DNA from: Nanobdellota archaeon
GTDB lineage: Archaea; Nanobdellota; Nanobdellia; Pacearchaeales; GW2011-AR1
Length of the DNA stretch: 63,005 bases
NCBI GenBank assembly: GCA_022563455.1
Contig: JADFNI010000001.1
Span: 1-63,005, forward strand
Direction: 5' to 3'
Part shown: in pieces, positions 14,940 through 23,624 of the stretch
How positions within the stretch are numbered: position 1 is the stretch's first letter
Layout of the letters: each line of letters begins with the position of its first letter
Notes under the pieces: model-generated
Told to the model about the DNA's origin: nothing
Database searches by the model: none
Seen by the model: only the letters and a program-made list of their open reading frames with translations
Program-made: the position numbers and the translations under genes

Positions 14940-15323
14940 ATGGCAAAAGAAAAAGTAACCAAAAAAATAGTAAGGAAAGTAGTTTCAAAAGCGAAGAAGG
15001 CTCCAATAGGGGCAGTAAAATGCAATGATAGACTTTGTCCAAAACATGGAAGGGAAAAGATTAGGACTCGTGGGCGAACTTTTGAAGGGAATGTTATAAG
15101 GAAACATCATGGAAGAGTTACTATTGAGTTTGAAAGAATGATTAAGGTTCCAAAGTATGAGCGGTATGAAAAGAGGAAGACGAAACTCCATGCAAGACTA
15201 ACAGATTGTATGGCTGAAAAAGTGAAAATTGGAGATCTTATTCAAATTGCAGAAACTAGACCAATTAGTAAAATGATTCATTTTATTGTTGTTGGTGTTA
15301 AGGATCAGGAGGCATCAATATGA
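14940..15323 (+). CDS. rps17: 30S ribosomal protein S17
   Basis: CNDRLCPKHG...GRTFEGNVI....GRVTIEFER...VPKYERYEKR..K.HA is the archaeal S17 pattern. Confidence 0.92.
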   Translation: MAKEKVTKKIVRKVVSKAKKAPIGAVKCNDRLCPKHGREKIRTRGRTFEGNVIRKHHGRVTIEFERMIKVPKYERYEKRKTKLHARLTDCMAEKVKIGDLIQIAETRPISKMIHFIVVGVKDQEASI

Positions 15324-15721
15324 AATCTGTAAGTGCAAAGCCTACAAGGGGTCTCAATATTGGAAGCATAGTTGATGCATGTGATAATAGCGGAGCTAGA
15401 ATTGTAAGAATAGTTTCTATTAAACATGGGAAAACTAGAAAGGGAAGACAAGGATATGCAAAGATTGCAGACTGGGTTAAAGTTTCAGTTAGAAAGGGAG
15501 ATCCAAAAATGAAAGGCGAAGTATTTGATGCTATTGTTGTTAGACAAAAAAAGCCTTGGAGAAGAAACACTGGAGAGAGAATTTGTTTTTCAGATAATGC
15601 TGTTGCACTTTTAAAAGATGAGAAGGGGAATCCCAAAGGGACACAGATCAAAGGACCAATTGCTAGAGAAATTCAAGAAAGATGGAAGGAGGTTGCTAGA
15701 ATTGCTAGTATTGTATATTAA
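15320..15721 (+). CDS. rpl14: 50S ribosomal protein L14
   Basis: DNSGARIVRIVSIK... is the L14 signature. ATGA overlap with S17. Confidence 0.94.
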   Translation: MKSVSAKPTRGLNIGSIVDACDNSGARIVRIVSIKHGKTRKGRQGYAKIADWVKVSVRKGDPKMKGEVFDAIVVRQKKPWRRNTGERICFSDNAVALLKDEKGNPKGTQIKGPIAREIQERWKEVARIASIVY

Positions 15722-15724
15722 AAT

Positions 15725-16222
15725 ATGAAATCAAAATTTAATAAAACATGGAATTCCAGTAAGCAACCTCGAAAGCAGGTTAAATTTAGAGCTAATGCGC
15801 CTAACCATATTAGAAGGAAATTTATGGGGGCTAATCTTGATAAGGCGCTTCGGACAAAGTATGGTATTCGAACTATTCAAGTTAGAAAGGGTGATGAGGT
15901 TAAGGTTATGAGGGGAAAATTTAGGGGAAAGCTTGGAAAAGTTGGAGATGTTGATTTAAAAAATACTCGGCTTCAAATTGAGGGGCTTCAAAGAGAAAAG
16001 AAGGGTGGAGAAAAACTAGTGACTTGGTTTAATCCATCTAATGTTAAAATAATCTCTCTTGAAGGAAATGACAGTAGACGGTTTAAACGAGGTAAGGTTA
16101 AGGCTGAATCCCCTAAGAAAGTAGAGGATAAGAAGCTAAAAACTTCTGTTAAGCCATTACCAAAAATGGATAACAAGGAAGTTGAAAAGATTGAAGCTAA
16201 AAGTAAGGAGGCTAAGAAATAA
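15725..16222 (+). CDS. rpl24: 50S ribosomal protein L24 with K/E-rich C-terminal extension
   Basis: Contains the KOW motif VRKGDEVKVMRGKFRGKLGKV. Operon position fits. Confidence 0.9.
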   Translation: MKSKFNKTWNSSKQPRKQVKFRANAPNHIRRKFMGANLDKALRTKYGIRTIQVRKGDEVKVMRGKFRGKLGKVGDVDLKNTRLQIEGLQREKKGGEKLVTWFNPSNVKIISLEGNDSRRFKRGKVKAESPKKVEDKKLKTSVKPLPKMDNKEVEKIEAKSKEAKK

Positions 16223-16223
16223 A

Positions 16224-16880
16224 ATGCACATAAAGAAAAGTTTAATGCCTAGAACGTGGCCAGTACCTAGAAAGGCTCAAGGAAAGAAGTATATTTCTGT
16301 TCCTAGCCATGCGACTAGAAAAGGGATTAGTTTATTGTTTATACTTAGAGATATTTTGAAGATTGCGAATACTAAGAAAGAAGTTAGGTTTATGACTCTA
16401 AACAGCCTTGTTAAGGTCAATAATAAGATTAGGTGTGATGAGAATTTTCCTGTTCAAGTTTTTGATACAATCAATCTAGAAAAGGCTGGAAAGAATTATA
16501 GACTTGAGATAGTTAACCGTAAATTTAGCTTGAAGGAAGTGAGTGATAAGGAATCTATGGAGAAAATTGTAAAGATTACTGGTAAAAAACTTTTAACTGG
16601 AAACAAGATTCAGATGAATTTAGATGATGGGCATAATATCCTTGTGAAAGAGAAGTTTTCTGTTGGAGATTCTGCTTTGATTGATAACATTAATCAGAAA
16701 GTTTTGAAGATTCTTCCATTAAGTGAAGGAGCAAACATTGAAGTTGTCTTGGGAAAACATGCAGGAGAAAAAGGTAAACTTGTTGCTATTGAAAATCTTG
16801 TTCGTGGAAGAAATTATAAAATTAAACTGGAGGGAGGAATGGTTAGTCTTCCATTTAAGACTATCCTAGTGATTAAATAA
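16224..16880 (+). CDS. rps4e: 30S ribosomal protein S4e
   Basis: MHIKKSLMPRTWPVPRKAQGKKYIS matches the S4e N-terminus (.HLKR...P..WP..RK). The track ORF was trimmed to ATG 16224. Confidence 0.9.
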   Translation: MHIKKSLMPRTWPVPRKAQGKKYISVPSHATRKGISLLFILRDILKIANTKKEVRFMTLNSLVKVNNKIRCDENFPVQVFDTINLEKAGKNYRLEIVNRKFSLKEVSDKESMEKIVKITGKKLLTGNKIQMNLDDGHNILVKEKFSVGDSALIDNINQKVLKILPLSEGANIEVVLGKHAGEKGKLVAIENLVRGRNYKIKLEGGMVSLPFKTILVIK

Positions 16881-16882
16881 CA

Positions 16883-16966
16883 ATGGGTAAAAATATTGAA
16901 ACAATAAAGATTGAATTATACAATGGCAAAGCCCTTGTGGATCAAAAATCTGGAGGTTTTTGCTAA
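16883..16966 (+). other. Leader element / mini-ORF copy C (27 codons, MGKNIETIKIELYNGKALVDQKSGGFC)
   Basis: The ORF runs from ATG 16883 to TAA 16964-16966, and the stop overlaps the L5 ATG at 16966. The CAAAAAT(16943-16949)/GTTTTTG(16956-16962) stem is kept via a G-U pair. It differs from copy B by one in-frame 3-nt indel. Confidence 0.55.
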
Positions 16967-17496
16967 TGGCAGAGAATATTATGAAAACTATAAAGCTTGA
17001 GAAAGTTATTTTGAATATTGGTGGGGTTGGCGATAAGCTTGATAAAGGAGTAATTTTACTTGAAACTGTTAGTGGAAGAAAAGCTGTACGAGTTAAAGCT
17101 ACAAAAAGAATTCCTACATGGAGTATTCGACCTGGACTTGAAGTTGGAACAAAGGTAACTCTTCGAGGAAGCGCAGCACTGGAGATTATTAAAAAACTTC
17201 TTCCAGCAATTGACAATACTTTGAAGGAAAAACAAGTTCAGAATAATTTCTTTTCTTTTGGAATACATGAATATATTGAAATTCCTGGGATTGAATACAT
17301 TAGAGAGGTTGGAATTATGGGGTTCGAAGTTACTGTTGTGTTTTCTAGAGCTGGAAAATCTGTTGAAAAGAAAAAAGTTAAAAGGGGAAAACCTAAGAGA
17401 ATTGGTGTCTCTAAAGAAGATATTATAGAATATTTAGTAACTAAATTTAATACTCAGATTCTTCGAAAGAAGAAGACTCACGAGTTGGACGAATAA
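16966..17496 (+). CDS. rpl5: 50S ribosomal protein L5
   Basis: MAENIMKTIKLEKVILNIGGVG matches the archaeal L5 N-terminus. Operon position fits. Confidence 0.93.
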   Translation: MAENIMKTIKLEKVILNIGGVGDKLDKGVILLETVSGRKAVRVKATKRIPTWSIRPGLEVGTKVTLRGSAALEIIKKLLPAIDNTLKEKQVQNNFFSFGIHEYIEIPGIEYIREVGIMGFEVTVVFSRAGKSVEKKKVKRGKPKRIGVSKEDIIEYLVTKFNTQILRKKKTHELDE

Positions 17497-17497
17497 G

Positions 17498-17728
17498 ATG
17501 ACTGCAAGTGACTGGAGGAAAATAACTAGGCAGCTTCGAGGAAAACCTGTTATTTTGAAGAAATTTTTGAAGCATAACAAACCAAAGCCTAGAAAATTTG
17601 GAGTTGCTGCTCAAAAATGTGAGGTTTGTGGAAGACACGGAGCCCATATTTCATCTTACAATCTAAATATCTGTAGGCACTGCTTTAGAGAACTTGCAGT
17701 TGAACTTGGGTTTAAGAAATATAGTTAA
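17498..17728 (+). CDS. rps14: 30S ribosomal protein S14 (zinc-ribbon type, N-terminally extended)
   Basis: The C-terminus is CEVCGRHGAHISSYNLNICRHCFRELAVELGFKKYS. Confidence 0.9.
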   Translation: MTASDWRKITRQLRGKPVILKKFLKHNKPKPRKFGVAAQKCEVCGRHGAHISSYNLNICRHCFRELAVELGFKKYS

Positions 17729-17764
17729 AATGGAAATTAAAAAAATAAATAACGGAGATAGAAT

Positions 17765-18142
17765 ATGAGTCAAGACGTAGTTTCAGATGGACTGAATCAA
17801 ATCATGAATGCTAGACGAGTCGAGAAAAAAGAACTCACAATTAATTTGTATTCTAAGGTTTTACTAAATATATTTGAAATGATGAAAGAAAAAGGCCATA
17901 TTGATTATACTGTTAATGAGGAAGAGCGTAGCGTTACTGTTCAAATAATTAAACTTAATAAATGTAAATCTGTAAAGCCAAGGTATTATGCTAGTATTGC
18001 TGATATCGATAAATATGCTAGACGATTTTTACCTTCTAGAAATTTTGGAAGTTTGATTATTTCTACTAATAAAGGTTTGAAGACTCATGATGTTTGTATT
18101 AAAGAAAAATTTGGAGGAAGCGTTATCGCTTATTTTTATTAA
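17765..18142 (+). CDS. rps8: 30S ribosomal protein S8
   Basis: MSQDVVSDGLNQIMNARRVEKKE... and the C-terminal GGSVIAYFY fit S8. Confidence 0.92.
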   Translation: MSQDVVSDGLNQIMNARRVEKKELTINLYSKVLLNIFEMMKEKGHIDYTVNEEERSVTVQIIKLNKCKSVKPRYYASIADIDKYARRFLPSRNFGSLIISTNKGLKTHDVCIKEKFGGSVIAYFY

Positions 18143-18143
18143 A

Positions 18144-18686
18144 ATGAATAAAGATTTGTCACGAGTTGTTGAAATTCCAGAAGGAGTAACTGTAACACTT
18201 GAAGGAAATAAGATAACTGTTAAAGGGAATGAAAAGGAATTATCTAAGACTATGAACTTGTATAAGATCAATTTTAAGATTGATGGTGGCCTTGTTACTA
18301 TTTCTGCAAAGGGTGCTACTCGAAGAGAATCTAAAATGATTGGAACTATCCATGCTCATTTGAAGAATATGATTAAGGGAGTTTTCGAAGATTTTATTTA
18401 TACTCTCGAAATTTGTAATGTTCATTTTCCAATGAATGTTAAGGTAAATGGAAATAAAGTTATTATAAAATCATTTTTGGGAGAAACAACTGAGAGGACT
18501 TCTAAGATTCTTGACAATGTTAAGGTGGATATTAATGGAAGTAAAATCATTGTTAGTTCTTTAAACATTGAGGCTGCTGGACAAACTGCGGCAAACTTAG
18601 AGAAAGCTACGAAACTTACTGGACGAGACAGGCGAATTTTTCAGGATGGAATTTTTATTACAAATAAATGTGGGAGAGCTATATAA
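18144..18686 (+). CDS. rpl6: 50S ribosomal protein L6
   Basis: The start is set at ATG 18144 (MNKDLSRVVEIPEGVTVTLEGNKITVKG), directly after the S8 stop. Confidence 0.92.
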   Translation: MNKDLSRVVEIPEGVTVTLEGNKITVKGNEKELSKTMNLYKINFKIDGGLVTISAKGATRRESKMIGTIHAHLKNMIKGVFEDFIYTLEICNVHFPMNVKVNGNKVIIKSFLGETTERTSKILDNVKVDINGSKIIVSSLNIEAAGQTAANLEKATKLTGRDRRIFQDGIFITNKCGRAI

Positions 18687-19102
18687 TGGTTGAAGGTATA
18701 AAAGTGATTAGAAAGAAACCAACATTTCTAAGATCTGATTGGCACAAAAAAATAAAGCTTGGAAGTACTGTGAAGAAAAACAGAAAATGGAAGGGTGCTA
18801 AGGGACGACATAATAAAATTAGACTTAATAGAAAAGGGCATTCTGGGAGGCCAAGGATTGGTTGGGGATCTGTTGTTAAAGAGAGGAATATGATTAAAGG
18901 GTTTAATGTTGTAATGGTTTTGAATCTTAAAGATTTTGAAGGTTTGAAAAAAACTGATGGAATTATAATTGGAAAAGTTGGAGCAAAGAAAAGAGAATCT
19001 TTGATTTCTAAAGCAAAGGAGCTGAAAATTGAAATATTAAATAGATATAGGGCACCGCTCGGTGTACCCCAAAAGGCTAAAAAAGGGGGCAAAACAGAAT
19101 AA
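18686..19102 (+). CDS. rpl32e: 50S ribosomal protein L32e
   Basis: FLRSDWHKKIKLG..WKGAKGRHNK.R....G is the L32e pattern. The ATG at 18686 overlaps the L6 TAA (TAATG). Confidence 0.9.
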   Translation: MVEGIKVIRKKPTFLRSDWHKKIKLGSTVKKNRKWKGAKGRHNKIRLNRKGHSGRPRIGWGSVVKERNMIKGFNVVMVLNLKDFEGLKKTDGIIIGKVGAKKRESLISKAKELKIEILNRYRAPLGVPQKAKKGGKTE

Positions 19103-19503
19103 TGCAACTTGCAAAGAAAAAAGAACTGGCGGCTAAGGTCTTAAAGGTTGGGAAGAATAGAATTTTGTTTATGGAGGGGCACTTAAGTGAGATTAAGGAG
19201 GCGATTACTAGACAAGATATAAGGGATATTGTGGAGAGTGGTGCTATTCAAATAAAGGATGTTAATGGTAGACGAAAAATTGTTAAGAGAAAACACCGAA
19301 GAAGAACTGGAAAAGTTAAGAACAAAGTTAATAACAGAAAGCAAGAGTATGTGATAATTACTAGAAAGCTAAGGGCATTTACTAGGGGACTTATTAGAAC
19401 TGGAGCAATTGATAAAGATAAGAATAAAAATATTAGGCGGATGATTCGCGCTAGAAAATTCAGAAGTAAAAGACATTTAAAGGAGAGTTTGGAGGAATTA
19501 TAA
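19102..19503 (+). CDS. rpl19e: 50S ribosomal protein L19e
   Basis: MQLAKKKELAAKVLKVGKNRI... plus the basic RRKIVKRKHRRRTGK segment. Confidence 0.92.
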   Translation: MQLAKKKELAAKVLKVGKNRILFMEGHLSEIKEAITRQDIRDIVESGAIQIKDVNGRRKIVKRKHRRRTGKVKNKVNNRKQEYVIITRKLRAFTRGLIRTGAIDKDKNKNIRRMIRARKFRSKRHLKESLEEL

Positions 19504-19595
19504 TAATATGGAAATTTTAAAAACTAAAATTGGAGGAAAGATTGTGAAGTGAGCATCGCTGATGCTTGCTTACTTAAAATCTAAAACTTTTTCAA

Positions 19596-20084
19596 ATGAG
19601 ATTAAGAACAATGAAGCGTAGAAGACTGGAAGGTAAAACTGATTATAAGCTTAGACGAGGGCTTTTGTCCTCAGGAGTTTTAAGAATTGTTGTTAGAAGG
19701 ACTAATAAATATTTTATTGTTCAAGTAGTGGAGAGCCACGAGGCACAAGATAAGGTGATAGCTAGTGTTACTTCAAAAGACTTACTAAGTAAGGGATGGG
19801 ATCTTAAAAAAGGTGGAAGTTTGAAATCAATTCCTGCTGGATATTTAACTGGACTTCTTCTTGCGAAAAAGATTGGTAAGGGAAAATTTATTATGGATCT
19901 TGGAATGTCTAGGACGATTAGAGGATCTAGAATATTCTCTGTCGTTAAAGGTCTTGTTGATGGTGGGCTTAATATAAATGCGGATTCGAAAATTTTTCCA
20001 ACAGATGAGAGGATATCTGGAGAACATTTAAAGGAAGATGTTAAGGAAATGATTGTTAAAGTTAAGGGGGGAATTGTAAACTAA
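19596..20084 (+). CDS. rpl18: 50S ribosomal protein L18
   Basis: RRRLEGKTDYKLRRGLL...RIVVRRTNKYFIVQV is the L18 signature. Confidence 0.9.
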   Translation: MRLRTMKRRRLEGKTDYKLRRGLLSSGVLRIVVRRTNKYFIVQVVESHEAQDKVIASVTSKDLLSKGWDLKKGGSLKSIPAGYLTGLLLAKKIGKGKFIMDLGMSRTIRGSRIFSVVKGLVDGGLNINADSKIFPTDERISGEHLKEDVKEMIVKVKGGIVN

Positions 20085-20986
20085 TGGCAGATTCAAATAT
20101 AGATAAGAAAGAAGCTCAGGCGGAGGAACTGAGGGAAAGAGAAATGGAAAAAGATATTCAAGAACCAAAGGAAGCTAATGCTGAAGAAAATCTAAAAGAG
20201 GTTGTTAAAATTGTTGAAGAGAAAGAGAAGAAGGAAGAAGAGAAAATATCTAAGGAGGCTGAAAAGAATTTTAAGGTTGAAGAGGGCCGAGGAGAATATA
20301 AGAGAGAGAGTAGGGAAGACCGATTCGCTAGAGAAGCTCAGGAAAAATTGGATGCTTGGGTTCCTAAGACGGACTTGGGGAGAAAAGTTAGATCAAATAA
20401 GGTTAAAGATATTGATGAAGTTTTAGAATCTGGACTTAAGATAATGGAGCCCGAGATAACTGATATTTTAATGCCTGGACTGAAAGTAGATACATTATTT
20501 ATCGGACAGGCTAAGGGTAAGTTTGGTGGTGGAAAGAGACGAGCATTTAGACAAACACAGAAGAAGACAAAGGAAGGAAACGTTTTGACTTTTGGTGTTA
20601 TGGCGGTTGTAGGAGATGGTAAGGGTCATATTGGGATTGGATATGGAAGGGCTGCTGAAACACTTCCTGCAAAAGAGAAGGCTATTCGAAAAGCTAAGAT
20701 GAACATGGTTAAGATTAAGCGAGGATGTGCCTCATTTGATTGTTCTTGTAGTGAACCTCACAGTGTCCCATTATCTGTTAAAGGGAAATGTTCTTCAGTA
20801 GTTATTGAATTGATTCCGGCACCTCAAGGGACTGGACTTGTGGTAAACGATGAAATAAAAAAGATATTAAGAGCCGTTGGGATAAGAGATATATATAGTA
20901 AAACTTCTGGTAAAACAAGAACTACATTTAATATGGCAAAAGCTTGTATGGCAGCACTAAATAAAATAGGAGATATACAATACTAG
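20084..20986 (+). CDS. rps5: 30S ribosomal protein S5 with ~95-aa acidic/K-E-rich N-terminal extension
   Basis: The core begins around WVPKTDLGRKV. FRQTQKKTKEGNVLTFGVMAVVGDGKGHIGIGYG is typical of S5. Confidence 0.92.
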   Translation: MADSNIDKKEAQAEELREREMEKDIQEPKEANAEENLKEVVKIVEEKEKKEEEKISKEAEKNFKVEEGRGEYKRESREDRFAREAQEKLDAWVPKTDLGRKVRSNKVKDIDEVLESGLKIMEPEITDILMPGLKVDTLFIGQAKGKFGGGKRRAFRQTQKKTKEGNVLTFGVMAVVGDGKGHIGIGYGRAAETLPAKEKAIRKAKMNMVKIKRGCASFDCSCSEPHSVPLSVKGKCSSVVIELIPAPQGTGLVVNDEIKKILRAVGIRDIYSKTSGKTRTTFNMAKACMAALNKIGDIQY

Positions 20987-20990
20987 AAAC

Positions 20991-21338
20991 ATGGAAAAAA
21001 TATTAGTTATAAGAATTGCTGGGAGAGTTAAGAATAAGATTAAAGATAACGAAACTCTTAGTCGGTTGAAACTTAGAAGGAAATTTACTTCAATCATAGT
21101 GAACAGTGACGACAAGATTAGAATGGGAATGGTTAATGCTGTCTCTTATATGGTTGCTTATGGAGTTGTAGATGATAAGTTTGTTAAGGAGCTTAATAGT
21201 AAGAGACCTGCAAAGGAAGGTGTTTATTTCTTACATCCACCTGTTGGAGGTTTTAAGAAGAGCTCTAAGGTTGCAGCACCGAAGGGAATCTTGGGGAAAA
21301 ATGAAGATATTACTAAACTTGCAGGGAGGATGTTGTAG
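20991..21338 (+). CDS. rpl30: 50S ribosomal protein L30
   Basis: MEKILVIRIAGRVKNKIKDNETLSRLKLRRKF, with operon position after S5. Confidence 0.88.
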   Translation: MEKILVIRIAGRVKNKIKDNETLSRLKLRRKFTSIIVNSDDKIRMGMVNAVSYMVAYGVVDDKFVKELNSKRPAKEGVYFLHPPVGGFKKSSKVAAPKGILGKNEDITKLAGRML

Positions 21339-21339
21339 G

Positions 21340-21666
21340 ATGGGAATTAGTGAGAGAAATATGGTTGCGTGTGAAGTTTATGATTTGGCAAATAGTCCTG
21401 ATTTGAGACTTGCTAGGCATGGAGATTTTATTAAATATGGAAAATGTAGAGCATTTGTATTAGGATCAAATCCTGAAGAAGGCGGCCTTGGTGAATTAGT
21501 TGTTATTAAAAGAGGCAATCATAGGAATTTTATAGGGAATTCTTTATATTTTAATCAAAACTCTGGAATGGTTGTTAGATCTGACGAAATAATGGAGTTT
21601 CATCATTTTAGTGATCCAGATTTATATAGGGAATGTGACTTAATGTTTCAAGAGGTAGATCGATAA
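21340..21666 (+). CDS. Orphan 108-aa protein inserted between L30 and L15
   Basis: ATG 21340 lies 1 nt after the L30 TAG and is preceded by a GGGAGGA SD. Its TAA overlaps the L15 ATG (TAATG at 21664-21668). It has only 3 Lys in 108 aa, so it is not r-protein-like. It corresponds to the 3' two-thirds of track ORF 21172..21666. Confidence 0.5.
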   Translation: MGISERNMVACEVYDLANSPDLRLARHGDFIKYGKCRAFVLGSNPEEGGLGELVVIKRGNHRNFIGNSLYFNQNSGMVVRSDEIMEFHHFSDPDLYRECDLMFQEVDR

Positions 21667-22211
21667 TGGTAAAAGTACATAAGAGAACAAAGAATTCTAG
21701 ACTTCGAGGGTCTAGAACTGCTGGATGGGGATTTAGGCAGTCACATAAGGGACATGGAAGTAGAGGGGGATTTGGTATGGCTGGAACTGGAAAACGTGCA
21801 GACCATAAAAAGCAGAAGGCGTTAATGTCAGATAAGAAGAAAAAATATTTTGGTAAACAGGGAGCAACTTCTAGAGGGACTGCTCGCAAAAAAAATGTTA
21901 GTATTAATTTATATGATATTAAGGATAATATTTTTAAAAAGGAAGGGACAACGCTCAGTGTACCCTCTGAAAGAATGAATAAGGGGGCAAAGATTAATCT
22001 TTCTAAATATAAGATTTTGGGGAGTGGGGAGGGATTTAAGGCAGAGATTACTGCTAGAGCTGCGACTGCACTTGCTATTGAAAAGATGACTAAGGCTGGA
22101 GGATCAATTATCATTGTTGGAGCTGGAAAAAAAGATGTTAAGCAGTATGTTAAAGCGGAAAAAGAAGGGAATGATGAAGAATCAAGTGCAAGTGAAGAAG
22201 CAAATAATTAA
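21666..22211 (+). CDS. rpl15: 50S ribosomal protein L15
   Basis: RLRGSRTAGWGFRQSHKGHGSRGGFGMAGTGKR is the L15 signature. Confidence 0.92.
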   Translation: MVKVHKRTKNSRLRGSRTAGWGFRQSHKGHGSRGGFGMAGTGKRADHKKQKALMSDKKKKYFGKQGATSRGTARKKNVSINLYDIKDNIFKKEGTTLSVPSERMNKGAKINLSKYKILGSGEGFKAEITARAATALAIEKMTKAGGSIIIVGAGKKDVKQYVKAEKEGNDEESSASEEANN

Positions 22212-22256
22212 TATTTTCTCACAAAACTTTATAAAACAAATTCTTGTCTATGGAAT

Positions 22257-23624
22257 ATGGCTCTTAGAGATTTATTAAAGAACTTGCCTGAAGTAAGAGG
22301 TCCTACTGAAAAGAAAGTTAGTTTTAATGTTAAATTAAAATGGACATTGATTATTCTTGTTGCTTATTTTGTCTTGTCTAATATTCCTCTTTTTGGCATT
22401 AGTGAAGGCTCACTTTCTCGTTTTGAATATTTGGCAATTTTACTTGGAACTTCATTTGGCTCAATTATTACGCTTGGGATTGGTCCTATTGTTATGTCGT
22501 CTATTATCTTGCAACTTTTAAAAGGTGCTCAAATTTTGAATGTTGATACCAATACTTTGGAAGGAAAACGATTTTTTCAAGGGTTGCAGAAACTTTTGGC
22601 ATTTGCATTTGTTGTTTTTGAATCGATTGTTTATGTTCTTATGAATGGGATTGCCGCACTAGAAGGGTTTGCCGGACTTGTTATTTTTCAACTTATTCTA
22701 GGAGGGATCTTGATTTTATTAATGGATGAAGTTATTCAGAAATGGGGCTTTGGTAGTGGAGTATCTCTATTCATTGCTGCAGGAATTGGATGGAGACTTT
22801 TCGCCCAGTTATTTCAGTTTATTGGACCTGAAGGAACTCTTGCCCCAATTGGGAAAGTTCTTGCATTTGTAGCCTCAGTTATAGTTGCTGATGGACGAGG
22901 GGCTATGGCCGCATTGTTTCCAATAATTGTTACGGCCCTTTTGTTTTTGGCTGTTGTTTTTGCACAGAGTTTGAAGGTAGAAATTCCACTAGCGTTTGAT
23001 CGAGTCCGAGGACATTCAGTTAAATGGCCATTGCAATTCTTTTATGCAGGAGTTATTCCAGTTATTTTAGTTTCTGCACTTACGGCCAACTTGCAGTTGT
23101 TTGCGTCTCTTATTCAAAATTGGGCTGGAGGGGCAACGTTTCTTGGAGGATTTAGCAGTGGTGGACTGGCCATATCCGGACTAGCATTTTGGATTGGTTC
23201 AACTCCAATATTGGATGCTGCAATTAACGGAACATTTAGGTTGATTTATATTCCTCAATCATTTTTTCATATAATATTTTATGTATTCTTCTCAGTTTTA
23301 TTTTCTTTCTTTTGGGTGAATACGTCAGGAATGGACGCTAGAAGTCAAGCAAATAAGATTGTTAATAGTGGTATGAGTATGCCTGGATTTAGAAAGGATG
23401 AAAGAGTTTTGGAATCTATTTTGAAGAGATATGTTGGACCTTTGACTGTCATGGGTGGTGCTGCTATTGGACTGCTCGCGTCAGTTGCAGATTTACTTGG
23501 AGCACTTGTGGGTGGAACTGCAATTCTTTTAGCGATTATGATATTGTATCAGTTATATCAAAACATTGCACAACAGCATGCAGTTGATATGAATCCTGCA
23601 CTTAAGGGATTTTTCGGTGCATAA
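22257..23624 (+). CDS. secY: Preprotein translocase subunit SecY
   Basis: A 10-TM protein at the canonical position after L15. The N-terminus has the ..LPEV..P..KVSF..KL.WT pattern. Confidence 0.95.
   Translation: MALRDLLKNLPEVRGPTEKKVSFNVKLKWTLIILVAYFVLSNIPLFGISEGSLSRFEYLAILLGTSFGSIITLGIGPIVMSSIILQLLKGAQILNVDTNTLEGKRFFQGLQKLLAFAFVVFESIVYVLMNGIAALEGFAGLVIFQLILGGILILLMDEVIQKWGFGSGVSLFIAAGIGWRLFAQLFQFIGPEGTLAPIGKVLAFVASVIVADGRGAMAALFPIIVTALLFLAVVFAQSLKVEIPLAFDRVRGHSVKWPLQFFYAGVIPVILVSALTANLQLFASLIQNWAGGATFLGGFSSGGLAISGLAFWIGSTPILDAAINGTFRLIYIPQSFFHIIFYVFFSVLFSFFWVNTSGMDARSQANKIVNSGMSMPGFRKDERVLESILKRYVGPLTVMGGAAIGLLASVADLLGALVGGTAILLAIMILYQLYQNIAQQHAVDMNPALKGFFGA

Noticed and set aside
16182-16223. 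The S4e ORF extension overlapping the end of L24.
   Set aside because: The ATG at 16224, directly after the L24 stop, yields the conserved S4e N-terminus.
20202-20426. 74-aa alternative-frame ORF inside S5.
   Set aside because: It is a product of the purine-rich low-complexity region encoding the S5 K/E extension.
21172-21339. The 5' part of track ORF 21172..21666.
   Set aside because: It overlaps L30 in a different frame. Only the part from the ATG at 21340, after the L30 stop and with an SD, is considered a candidate gene.
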